63,947 nt of DNA, filler included, from Octopus bimaculoides (GCF_001194135.2; 9 parts of 7 records of this genome joined end to end with filler, not necessarily neighbours in it), one strand, 5' to 3'. Shown: positions 24,410-36,996, numbered from the whole stretch's first letter. Notes: a model not told the origin generated them from the letters alone. A program made the numbers and translations.

Positions 24410-24762
24410 GTGAGTAGCTATGTAATCTTTGACTCTCATAATCTGTTTAACTGACTCTCATAATCTGTTTAACTCTCTCTCTCCCTTTCTCTCTTCTCTT
24501 CACATAGATACACACACATATACCTATACACACACACAGACACAGACACATACACATATATATCTTTATTCTTATGCTTGTAAGTAGGATAACAAATTGC
24601 ATACGACATATTCTGATTAATTCTTCTAGTATACATGAACAATTTTCATACCCGGGCAACGCCAGGTGCCTCTGCTAGCAATAAATTAATCTGTACTCTT
24701 ACTTCATTATAGAGTCCTCTTTTTTCATTTCCGTAACAATAATGTATATATAACTATTGCAG

Positions 24763-24815
24763 ATGGAGTATGAATTATCAAACTTGACAGGAGTGTTTGA
24801 AGTTGAATATTGTGG
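24763..24815 (+). CDS. Next exon, SEA-like continuation (53 nt, phase 0-2)
   Basis: Acceptor actattgcag and donor gtaagc. Translates MEYELSNLTGVFEVEYC(G), in frame with the previous exon. Confidence 0.72.
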
Positions 24816-25320
24816 GTAAGCAAAATACATTCAACGTTTATTAAAATTTCGATGTATACGGGATCAAAATATGCCATGGATCTAAGTTTTGGATATGTAT
24901 TAATATTTACAAAAAGAATGGTGTACGTTTGAAACATAATACAGAAGTTTAAACATTCAATCAACCGTTCATGTGTATTGTATAAAGGGAAATCAACTCT
25001 CATATGTATGTATATATATATATATATATATATTTCGTATGTGTATTTCGTGTGCAAGATTCTTGATGTGGATACGTGTGTTGAAAGAAATACAATTAAA
25101 CCTTGGGAGAGGCATTATGCCGGTAATAAACACACGCACTGGTTCAGTCCTTTATTAATTTATATAGTTTTTTGTTAAATTATTTCATTGCACTCTTGCA
25201 ATCTCTTCAGTAACTTGTCTCTCCACTTCCATTTATTTTGAATATATGATCTGGCGTTGTTTTGGCGTTGTTTCGAAACTGTTTGGTATGAGCATGTGAG
25301 TGTGTGCAAGCTCGTATGTG

Positions 25321-25420
25321 NNNNNNNNNNNNNNNNNNNNNNNNNNNNNNNNNNNNNNNNNNNNTTAATTAATTAANNNNNNNNNNNNNNNNNNNNNNNN
25401 NNNNNNNNNNNNNNNNNNNN
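25321..25420. other. Artificial scaffold spacer: 44 N + TTAATTAATTAA + 44 N
   Basis: The identical construct occurs eight times (12-mer at 25365, 29222, 31142, 37090, 52578, 59691, 61334 and 62536). The 12-mer gives stop codons in all six frames. Confidence 0.95.
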
Positions 25421-25512
25421 TATATATATATATATATATATATATGTGCATATATATGCATATATATATATATGCATATATATATATATGTATATGTGTA
25501 TCTATATATGCA

Positions 25513-25573
<61 letters not shown>

Positions 25574-27759
25574 CATATATAAAATACACTGCTTTACTTT
25601 GAGTTTGCTAGTGTTAACGATACACGCAAATAAAATACATATATACACGAACACACACGCACGCACACATGCATATATATGGCTAGATACTTTCATAGTT
25701 ACATAGATAATAGAATACCAACACACATTTATACGTATGAGATGTGTCTCGGTATTAAGGAAGTTACACCTGATATATATATGGGCGTATGTGTTTTAAT
25801 ATTTGTATATTGCTATAATTTATTCTCTTCTCAGCACGATACAATTAAAATTTAATTAACAACATAAGCGTAGCTTCGTGGTAAGATGTTTGCATCCCGA
25901 CCACATGGACTTCATTCAGTCCCACTGCGTGACGTCTTGGGCAAGTGTTTTCTCTGTGTCATACGAAGAGAGTTCAAGAAGTAACTCTTACAGGTACACG
26001 TATGATAGTGCCATTGCACGGCATCTTCGGGATTTATCTTCTAATACAGCCACCAGTTGACCAAAGACTTTCGAGTGAATTTGATAGGCAGAAGCTGATT
26101 AAACACCCGTGATATAGAAGTATATATTGACTCATATCGACTGAAAACCTGTGCCACTTTGATTATAGCCTGTAATATGGTTGTTCGGAAAAAAGCAGAT
26201 CTGTAGAATAATAACCAAACAATAAAAGTAATAATACCGGAGTCTCTTAAAGCTTTTAAGGTGATATCGCAGAATGGCTGTAGACCATTAACTGAAAAAA
26301 ATTAAAGAATAAAAGAATATATAGATAGTGATCTCTGTCGCCGTATACATTGAAAAACAAACAGCGTGAGACAAGAAAAGGAAATGAAAAGAAAGGAAAA
26401 GAGAAAAATGTGGAATAGCCCTAACAATGCTTTTAACTCTTGGTGGGGATTTAGAGGACACAGTCGCTATATGTGGGGTGTTGGGGATTTGTTTAAACTT
26501 TGCAAAAACCATTTTCCTCCTGGTCTGACCACAGCCAATTTCTTCTAGAAAAGAGTGAGAGAGGGAGAGAGGAAGAGATAAATAGATAGAGGGAGAGAGA
26601 GCTAGAAAGAGGTGGAGGGAGGGGAGGGAGAGAGAGAGAGAGAAAGAGGGGGGAAGAGTTGGAGAGAGAAAGACGTGAATGGAGAGACCAACCAACTCCA
26701 GTCCTGATATTTTATTTATCTGCCACGAAAGGGTGAAAGAACAAAGTTGACCTCGGTAGGATTTGAAATCAAAGGGGAGAGAATACAGTATGGCAATATA
26801 TTCAATGCTAAAATGATTCATTTAGCCACACACCATCCAGGTTTGTCGATAAACTTTAATAGTGTGAGCTCTATGAAAGCCATCTGAGGCCGCCACAGAA
26901 CCCGTATATAATACAACTCTATGATCGAATGTTAAAACAATACAAGAAAGAAAGAGAAAAAAGAAAGTGAGAAGAAAACATAAAGAAAAGGAACGAAAAG
27001 AAAAATACTCTTGAGTTTTATAGTATCTCACTTGTAATCAGCAGCTACATTTGTACTGTGTCAGTTAACCAGCCAGCATTGAGGCCGTTTCCCTATAGGG
27101 TTAAAATGGCCCACCACGATGTAGCTGTTTCATATTTTACAAATCGTCTTAGATCGAGCCAATTTCTATTGAAGTACAACTCGATATATGTTCCTGGGGT
27201 GGGGAAAATCTGTTTGTGGGAATCGATGTATTTGACAGTTGAAATAACACTAAAATGATTTAATCTGTTCGATATTCATACATTTATACATCGACAACGT
27301 AATGACTCATTAATAAAGAAAGATGTTGATGAAGCTCTGCTGAGAGAAAGATGTTTTTTTGCACTACGCCAGGAGAGAACAATTATTATCCAGGGAAATG
27401 TGCTCAATATGTCTAGATGTGTGTTCGATATTCAGAAAGGTGCTTCAAGAGAAGTGTGATTATTATGTAAAGAAGTATCTTAAACATTCAGAGGCGAGTG
27501 TTTAATATATAGTGGAGTGTGTTTATTACCCAGAGGACTATGTTTCATATGTAGAGAAAGATGTATAATAAGCTATGCCCAGGGAGGATAGTATATATTT
27601 ATTATTTTTTAAATAAAGGTGCTTTATATTTATAATTCTTTATAATGAAATAATTCTTCATATGGTTACGCTTAAAGAAAAAGCTGGAAAGTCGTTGTTA
27701 TTATTTAACTCCAGGTCAATCTCGATCAATAATCAATCAAATCACTGGAGTCCACGTAT

Positions 27760-28416
27760 GGGATCTTTTTGGTTTGACGGGCAACATTTTTCATTTATGT
27801 TTTATGTAGTGTTTTTGGTACCGAAACACTTTCAAACTTCGTATACTTGTATATTTTGTGTTATAGAACAGATAAAAAATTTTGTATTCGAAGTTATTTC
27901 ATGTAAAAAGTTGTCGTATTTCGGTAATTTCAACCAATCACTGACGTCTATTGAGGTGAAAACAATTACTACCGTGGAATGTAAACAACGGTGTCATAGG
28001 ATCTTTTCCCTTGAATAAAATTAGTGCCGTTGTTTGTCAACAACAACTAACCGTGTTACTCTTATTTATGACATCGTTCGTGCGTTTGTACTGGTTTNNN
28101 NNNNNNNNNAACCCTAAAACCCTAAACCCTTACTAGGGAATAATGATATAATTAAACAGGGAATAACACTCTTGATACCGGTAAAAATTATTGTTTATAA
28201 AAAGAGCACTAACTGTATTCAGCTGAATAGACGTCAGTGATTGGTTGAAATTACAGAAATACGACAACTTTAACATGAAATAACTTATTAAGAACTAATT
28301 TTTGTTAAGAAGGCTAAAAGAAAAAGATGTTTTATATGACACATTCTACCAGTATCCCAAGTTTGAAAGTGTTTCGTTAAGAAAACAAGTGTTGCCCGTC
28401 AAACCAAAAAGATCCC
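27760..28416. mobile_element. MITE-like foldback element with about 200-bp inverted arms and a central CCCTAA-like run
   Basis: Perfect 27-bp inverted repeat at 27760-27786 and 28390-28416, internal inverted blocks at 27931-27950 and 28226-28250, and accctaaaaccctaaaccct beside the central gap. Confidence 0.8.
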
Positions 28417-28730
28417 AGGTATGATCATCAAAGATATTTTTATCAGGCGCAACTCATTGTTCTGAGTTTCGGATATACAGATAACGTTCTAATTAATTAT
28501 AAACATGCAGGTATGTTGCTAATTCATTATATATATATATATATACACATACCTTACCAATTAATTATCTATATAGATATATTGCTAATCTTTTATCAAT
28601 AAATACACTTGTTGATAACTAAATATAGATAAACGGGATGTGTTATTTATTACTGATATACAGATATGTTGTTAATTATTATAGATTTAGAAATGTGTTG
28701 CTAATTAGTTATAGATATACAGCTTTGCAC

Positions 28731-28830
28731 CTAATTAATTATAAATATACAAATGTATTGCTAATTAATTATAAATATACAAATGTATTGCTAATTAATT
28801 ATAAATATACAAATGTATTGCTAATTAATT
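28731..28830. repeat. 30-bp tandem repeat (three perfect units plus degenerate upstream units)
   Basis: ctaattaattataaatatacaaatgtattg at 28731, 28761 and 28791. Confidence 0.95.
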
Positions 28831-29135
28831 ATAAATTTAATCTAGGGTGTTTATGTTAGAAAGTTATTTGAGGAATATTTCAGCTTGATATTTAGTGGAA
28901 AGGTGGAAAAGCGTTTCTAACCTCATTCTATTAATATCAACCAATCACAATTAAACACGTCGTGTTGAAAGAAGGTAATGGTTTATTTATGCAAAATTTG
29001 ACACCAGGTGGTGAGGATTTCGTAAATTTTCTGATTGGCTATTGTTCTCTGGTTGCCCTACTCTCTTTCTCTCTCTTTGTCAGTGGCTCATACATACACA
29101 CACACGTATGTAACTACATACACATAAAAATATAA

Positions 29136-29177
<42 letters not shown>

Positions 29178-29299
29178 NNNNNNNNNNNNNNNNNNNNNNN
29201 NNNNNNNNNNNNNNNNNNNNNTTAATTAATTAANNNNNNNNNNNNNNNNNNNNNNNNNNNNNNNNNNNNNNNNNNNNATATACATACATACATACATAC

Positions 29300-29670
29300 A
29301 AAATGACTTTGAATGTCGTATCATATCCCTTCGGCAACATCTTTTCACCACCAAGTGTCCAAGTGCATCCCTTGACCAAGTTTGTATACATGAGGCAGAT
29401 AACATCATAAGACTTGGAAGGCTGCTCCTTGAGAAACATTCTTTGTCTGACAACCTAGATTAAATGATCAAAGAAGTCACGTGACTCTACCACAACGTAT
29501 CATCAGATGAAAGGATGAGTCTATGTGAGCAGAAGACTATGCATGGATATGTTACAAGAAGGCCCCGTGATGATAGTAATATCGATCATCAAAGCAGTTT
29601 ATCATGGACCAATAGCCGGATTACTATCTCCCACTTTAAAGGGTATGCATTTGCAATCCAGGAACAGGCN
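29300..29670 (+). mobile_element. R4/Dong-like non-LTR retrotransposon fragment running into a gap
   Basis: KTMHGYVTRRPRDDSNIDHQSSLSW...FKGYAFAIQEQ resembles the HG...ID...S..W...EG...AIQEQ post-RT motif of R4-type elements. Confidence 0.7.
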
Positions 29671-30516
29671 NNNNNNNNNNNNNNNNNNNNNNNNNNNNNN
29701 NNNNNNNNNNNNNNNNNNNNNNNNNNNNNNNNNNNNNNNNNNNNNNNNNNNNNNNNNNNNNNNNNNNNNNNNNNNNNNNNNNNNNNNNNNNNNNNNNNNN
29801 NNNNNNNNNNNNNNNNNNNNNNNNNNNNNNNNNNNNNNNNNNNNNNNNNNNNNNNNNNNNNNNNNNNNNNNNNNNNNNNNNNNNNNNNNNNNNNNNNNNN
29901 NNNNNNNNNNNNNNNNNNNNNNNNNNNNNNNNNNNNNNNNNNNNNNNNNNNNNNNNNNNNNNNNNNNNNNNNNNNNNNNNNNNNNNNNNNNNNNNNNNNN
30001 NNNNNNNNNNNNNNNNNNNNNNNNNNNNNNNNNNNNNNNNNNNNNNNNNNNNNNNNNNNNNNNNNNNNNNNNNNNNNNNNNNNNNNNNNNNNNNNNNNNN
30101 NNNNNNNNNNNNNNNNNNNNNNNNNNNNNNNNNNNNNNNNNNNNNNNNNNNNNNNNNNNNNNNNNNNNNNNNNNNNNNNNNNNNNNNNNNNNNNNNNNNN
30201 NNNNNNNNNNNNNNNNNNNNNNNNNNNNNNNNNNNNNNNNNNNNNNNNNNNNNNNNNNNNNNNNNNNNNNNNNNNNNNNNNNNNNNNNNNNNNNNNNNNN
30301 NNNNNNNNNNNNNNNNNNNNNNNNNNNNNNNNNNNNNNNNNNNNNNNNNNNNNNNNNNNNNNNNNNNNNNNNNNNNNNNNNNNNNNNNNNNNNNNNNNNN
30401 NNNNNNNNNNNNNNNNCAGAAGTTTATCATTAAATATATATGAGCCTGTCTAGATATGCAACTATATGCATGAGAATATATACATAAAACAAAATATACA
30501 AATCTGCACACATACA

Positions 30517-30548
<32 letters not shown>

Positions 30549-31197
30549 GCACATAAATACATATGCATGCATCTAGACATAAAAACGCATCCATAAAACA
30601 AACATACAAATCTGCGCATACACTAACACCAAATACTGCACACACACACACACACATATGCACAAATACCTAGATGATGTTGATAAAAGTTCCAATGAAG
30701 GAGCCTTGAATCTATGTTAGAGTCCGGCTCTTTCTCTATGGACAAGAAATACAGAAATGAAACTGATTGATAACATACATACATATTCGAGTGTGTCTCC
30801 TAATGTAGCTGATCCTGTAGCGAAGACTGCGGAATACATCAAACACAAAGCCATTTTAAAATTACAATTCGCAAAAACTTTTGCTACTTTCTCGAAGCTT
30901 TCATTGACCAACAAACTATTCGCAACAAGAGTGAGAAGAAATCCGACTGATCTAATGTTTAGAGTTATCGACGGTGTTACTGGAGAGCACATGGACTCAT
31001 GTGATGTTAATTACTGGAATATAAATACACTTATACACACAGTCGCTATTACGGATCTTTTTTAAAACGGGGGCCACATTTTTCATTAACGAAACACNNN
31101 NNNNNNNNNNNNNNNNNNNNNNNNNNNNNNNNNNNNNNNNNTTAATTAATTAANNNNNNNNNNNNNNNNNNNNNNNNNNNNNNNNNNNNNNNNNNNN

Positions 31198-31240
<43 letters not shown>

Positions 31241-32475
31241 GCGAAAGAATGTGTGGTGGTGAAATTGCGAGGTGAGTTGAATATTCAACGTTTCTGACAA
31301 TTTCCGTCCTCAGAGTAAAGTTGACGGGTAATTTCACTTACACTCTTTCTGTCGCTTTTTTCTTTTCTTTTCTTTTTTTTTCAAATAATGCAAGTCTTGC
31401 TGATGCAAACAGCCACAAGTCTGCTTGCGTTCTGCTTTATCTGATATTATAATTTCAATTAATTAAAACCGATTTCTAGCACACAAATACGTTAATACTA
31501 AGCTTGGCATATAGGGTATAATTTAACATACTTATATCATTAGATATTTGACGTTATAATGACGATTTTTTTTTTTCAGTTTATGTATTCATTTATTTTT
31601 TCTTGTACATTCGTTATGGCGTTCCTTCATCTACAATGGTATTTCAGAAATTTCATCATTTTGAGGTCGATAAAATGAGTACCAGTTAAACACTTGGATC
31701 GATGTAATCGATCAGTCACCTCTGCTAAAATGTCAGAACGTCTGCGTTTAGTTTTCTTTCCTCAGTCAAGTACCAGATTATCTTCGCAATTTCGGCTGAT
31801 AATACTCGAGATTGCTCCAATCCGGCCAGCCCCAAGGAAAAACTAAGCTAAGAGTATTAGATTCCTTGGAAGAAAGTAGCGAATGTATACGAAAACAAGG
31901 ACGGGAAAAAAATAAACAATGTTACACAAATGCAATAAAAATAATAACAGGACATAACAACAGGTGTCTTTCGTCTAAGGAGGAATTATATTAAGCTGGC
32001 GAGTGTGGAAATAAAGCCTTACGGAAGGGATACAAGATTTCACAGGCACAGGGAGGAATATCGATGTTGCACGGACAACGGCCGGCCAAGAAAGAAAGAT
32101 CACGTGAAAAGAGACCTTTAGTCGAACAAATGGACCCCGAGACTTATTCTTTGTAAGCCTAATACTTATTCTATCGGTCTCTTTTGCCGAACCGCTAAGT
32201 GACGGGGATGTAAACACACCAGCATAGGTTGTCAAGCGATGGTGGGGGACAAACACAGACAAATAACAAATACACACATACATATATATACATGTATATA
32301 TACGACGGGCTTCTTTCAGTATCCGTCTACCAAATCCACTCACAAGACCTTTGTCGGCCTGAGGCTATAGTAGAAAACACTTGCCCAAGGTGCCACGCAG
32401 TGGGACCGAACCTGGAACCATGTGGTTGGGAAGCAAGCTTATATGTGTGTGTATAATATATAATATATATGTGTG

Positions 32476-32507
<32 letters not shown>

Positions 32508-32979
32508 CATACATAGGCAAAACCGTTCCACACAGTTTCCGTCTATCGAATCCACGCACAAAGCATCGGTCATCTCGGGGCTATAAGTAGAAGGACACTT
32601 GCCCAAGGTGCCGCGCAGTGGGATCGCACTCGAAATCATGTGGTTGCAAAGCGAACTTCGAAGCCGTGCAATCATATCTGCGTTTCTCACAATATATACA
32701 AATGCCACTGGCTCGGAAAATAAAATGCAGTCTTTGTATGTATTAGTCGAGTTTGAACGAGGAATCTGCGTATATTTAATTAAATCAATTTCTTCCTAAA
32801 TTCCTAAATACCCCCAGAGAACCCAGCGGTGTTAAAAATAATCACATAAGTTTTTATAGGGATTAAGAGGCATATTAATGGATTATAATTCATTCTCAAG
32901 AGTTTTGTAGCTGAGTTTAATGCTTCTCACAAGAGAACTTCAGAAAAACATAACGACACACAGCTTTCGGGTACACCGC

Positions 32980-33555
32980 ATCAAACTATACTATATACAT
33001 CTATCCTTGTTTATCACGGGCTCTGGTTACAGTAAAGCATGCTAAATAAATCACAGAAACTATAGTATATACATCTGTTCTTGTTTATCACGGGGGGATT
33101 CCAGTAAAACAGTGATAAATGAATCATAAAACCTATATTATATACATATATCCTTGTTTATTACGGAGATTTGGTTCCAGTAAAATAGTGAATAAATGAA
33201 TCATAGAAACTATGCAATAGACATCTGTCCTTGTTTATCACGGTGTTCCAGTAAAGCGGTGATATATGAATCACAGAAACTATACTATATACATCTGTCC
33301 TTGTTTACCACGGTGTTCCAGTAAAGCAGTGATAAATGGATCACAGAAACTCTACTATATACATCTGTCCTTGTTTATCACATTTTCCTGTAAAGCAGTG
33401 ATAAATGAATCACAGCAACCATACTATATACCTCTGTCCTTGTTTACCACGGTGTTCCAGTAAAGCAGTGATAAATGAATCACAGAAACTATACTATATA
33501 AATCTGTCCTTGTTTATCACAGGGTTCCAGTAAAGCAGTGATAAATGAATCACTG
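32980..33555. repeat. About 70-bp minisatellite, about 8 units
   Basis: gtaaagcagtgataaatgaatcacagaaactatactatatacatctgtccttgtttatcacggtgttcca-like units start near 33032, 33104, 33180, 33251, 33321, 33390, 33460 and 33530. Confidence 0.95.
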
Positions 33556-33676
33556 AAAAGAAATGATTTTTCACGGACTCTGCAAATGGAATGAATAGCA
33601 GATTCACGGCCTACATCAACGAAGTTTCCACAGCCGCGTATTTTCTTGATTATCAGCCGCGTATTTTCCTGTTGAG

Positions 33677-34866
33677 CAGTGGTTCGCAACCGGGATCCAT
33701 ATGGCCCTTGGGGGCCCATTTAAGATTTTGTCGTTAATATTTATGTGCAATAAATTGTTTATATTTCTACAGTACATTTTTTTCAAATACAATTCTGGAT
33801 CTTTTCTGTTTGGCTGCACCTTTGGAAATTTTTAAGTGTTGTGAAAATTCCGAAATTTGGTGTATTGATGTAATTTTCCATGCTGAATCTCAGGAGATAA
33901 TTCACTTTTTCCAGAAAAAATTTTTTTTTAAAGTTGCAGAGGCTTGAAGTTTGATCATTTTTACCCATTCACAAAACAGGATTTGGAAGCTGTCATTTCG
34001 TGCATGGCAGCACGTATTGTCAGCTGTAAACAAATGAAATATTGGCGGAAATTCTGCTTTAAGCATGACATATAACCCCTCATAACTTTTTTTTATATTT
34101 AGAATTTTCATAAAATTTTAGCGAATTCTACAAACGGAAATTCATGCGATTATGCAAAAACAAAAGCAAAATGAAAATTTTTGTGCTTGATTTCAGGCCT
34201 ATTTAGCTGTTATTTTTAGCACATCTCATGACCACCTCATAGTGCATGTGTTTTAAGCATTTAATAAGCGACAAAAAGAACATGTGGTAAACAGCTTGGT
34301 TTGTTATTATGGAAACAGGCACCTATATGTCTGTAGCTTTCGATTGGTTAAAATTACCCGAAATTTGCTAACTTTAAAAGCTATTAACTCTTTATTGATT
34401 TATGGCGAGAATGAATTTCATGTCAATGATTACCATACAAAACCACACCAATACACCAAAACAGAAATTGAAGAAAGTGGAAAGAGGCAGCCAAACAGAA
34501 AAGATCCACCATACTCAATGATTTTTAATTTTAAACATAGTACGGAATTTTGTCAGTGAACAGGTCGCGGTTTCAAAAGTGACGAAAATACTTTAACAAA
34601 TTAAATTTAAATGTTGAAGTAAATCTAACAGTTTTTGTGTGATTTTAAATGGCTTATAAACACCTTCCACGCTGCAATTGTTATTGTTTTAGCACACGAT
34701 CTCGGATCAAGTCACTTGCTTTGCAAATACATCTCTATAAGTCACACGCTATGCAAATACATCTCCGTAATATAAACATACAGCAAGATATTTAATTATA
34801 CACTGAGCGTCTACATAAAATAGTGTATCACAGGAGTCCATAGGTAAAAACGGCTGAGGACCACTG
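33677..34866. mobile_element. Non-autonomous hAT element with an 8-bp target-site duplication and an internal inverted-repeat element
   Basis: Ends CAGTGGTTCGCAACC ... GGCTGAGGACCACTG, flanked by ctgttgag and ttgttgag. Internal perfect 21-bp inverted repeat at 33797-33817 and 34487-34507. Confidence 0.82.
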
Positions 34867-35369
34867 TTGTTGAGACTATACGTGTCTGCGAGGGCAGCGA
34901 GCTGGCAGAAAAGTTAGCACGCTGGGCAAAATACTTGACGTTACGTTCTGAGTTCAAATCCCGCCGAAGTCGACTTTGCCTTTCATCTTTTCTATAAAGT
35001 AAGTACCAGTTGCGTACTGGGGTCGACCTAATCGACTTCCCCCCTCCCCCAAAATTTCGGGCCTTGTGCCTAGATTAGAAAAGAATATATTACATTTCTA
35101 GGGCGACGAGCTGGCAGAGTGATTAGCACGCCGGAAAAAATGCTTAACGGTATTTCGTCTACCGTTATGTTCTGAGTTCAAATTCCGCCGAGGTCGACTT
35201 TGCCTTTCATCTTTTCGAGGTCGATTAAATAAGTACCAGGTACGTACGCACTGGGATCGATGTAATCGACTTAATCCCTTTGTCTGTCCTTGTTTATCCC
35301 CTCTATATTTAGCTCCCTGTGGGCAATAAAGAAATAAATATACGCGTCTGCGTCGTTTGTTCGGAGGAG

Positions 35370-35490
35370 GCACCTTCGCATTGGAATGAATGATAAATTC
35401 ATTGACACCAAACTCGCGGCTCATTGCAGTGAAGCTTCCACCTTCACACAGTTTCCTGATCATATCTACCTTTTCTTAAAGAGAATACAC
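35370..35490 (-). mobile_element. pogo/Tigger-type transposase N-terminal HTH remnant
   Basis: KKVDMIRKLCEGGSFTAMSREFGVNEFII resembles the HTH_psq/CENP-B-type motif (xAxxFGVxESTI). Confidence 0.6.
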
Positions 35491-36697
35491 TCGCCTGAGT
35501 CATTAGCTACGATCAGGCGCCTTCTTATTTTATTTTCTATTCAGTGGTCCCGTTTCGATAGCGTAGGAGTATGTAAATCCGTGTAAAAAAAGAAGAAAAA
35601 AATACGCAACTTCGAAGCACAGTCATGTAAATAGAAGCAATAGGCAGTGCATTCTGGGTAGCGGGGCATTGTGGGTGGTCGCTGGGATGCATTTTTATTT
35701 TTTATTACTTTTTTTTTTTTGCGATACAAGCAGAATTTTTGACTGATCGCTGACACGTGTTATCATAGATTTAACATGATTCACAACTGAGCGTACTGCG
35801 TTATCTCAGAGCAGTGATAAATGAATCAGTGATTAAACTACATGTACTTCTCACGAAACAACTCCAGAAATACCTCACAGATGTCTTTCGCCTACGCCAC
35901 ACTATGTTGTAACTATATATGATGTGGCACTTGTTAAACTTCTTTCGACCATTTGAAGTATTTAAAATTCTCACCAAATTATTTTGAAAAATGTAGCTTT
36001 TGATGTAGTTTTGCGCGCTNNNNNNNNNNNNNNNNNNNNNNNNNNNNNNNNNNNNNNNNNNNNNNNNNNNNNNNNNNNNNNNNNNNNNNNNNNNNNNNNN
36101 NNNNNNNNNNNNNNNNNNNNNNNNNNNNNNNNNNNNNNNNNNNNNNNNNNNNNNNNNNNNNNNNNNNNNNNNNNNNNNNNNNNNNNNNNNNNNNNNNNNN
36201 NNNNNNNNNNNNNNNNNNNNNNNNNNNNNNNNNNNNNNNNNNNNNNNNNNNNNNNNNNNNNNNNNNNNNNNNNNNNNNNNNNNNNNNNNNNNNNNNNNNN
36301 NNNNNNNNNNNNNNNNNNNNNNNNNNNNNNNNNNNNNNNNNNNNNNNNNNNNNNNNNNNNNNNNNNNNNNNNNNNNNNNNNNNNNNNNNNNNNNNNNNNN
36401 NNNNNNNNNNNNNNNNNNNNNNNNNNNNNNNNNNNNNNNNNNNNNNNNNNNNNNNNNNNNNNNNNNNNNNNNNNNNNNNNNNNNNNNNNNNNNNNNNNNN
36501 NNNNNNNNNNNNNNNNNNNNNNNNNNNNNNNNNNNNNNNNNNNNNNNNNNNNNNNNNNNNNNNNNNNNNNNNNNNNNNNNGGTGGTGGTGGTGGTGGTCT
36601 TGTTGGTGGTTGTAGTGGTGGTGATGTAATAGCAATGGTGGTGGTGGTGGTGGTGGTGATAACGGTGGTATGGTGGTGATGGTGGAGAGGTTATCAC

Positions 36698-36728
<31 letters not shown>

Positions 36729-36959
36729 GTCATTATCTTCATCATCGCCGTCGTCATCAACATCAGCTTCACCGACATTGCCACAATCACTTCCGTCTTC
36801 CACTACGAATACCTCAACCAACAACAACAACAACAGTGAGATGATTCACCTGCTGACGACTGAAAGTGATTTGAGGGAGATTTCGCTATTATTTCCGGCA
36901 AATCCAGCTACTGCGCAGTCGCTTGATGTTAGATCGTCGTATCATCGTCATCATTGTCA

Positions 36960-36996
<37 letters not shown>

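Noticed and set aside
27058-27520. ORF 27058-27258 and a RING-like CSICLD peptide near 27395
   Set aside because: There is no complete domain or convincing splice-site pair, and the surrounding sequence looks like degenerate repeat.
30690-30732. Further hammerhead-like layouts (also at about 6560-6585 and 27325-27360)
   Set aside because: The CUGANGA and/or GAAA core and stem I are not intact, so they cannot be supported from these copies.
32980-33555. CRISPR-like appearance of the 70-bp array
   Set aside because: Whole units are homologous with no unique spacers, there are no cas genes, and the context is eukaryotic.
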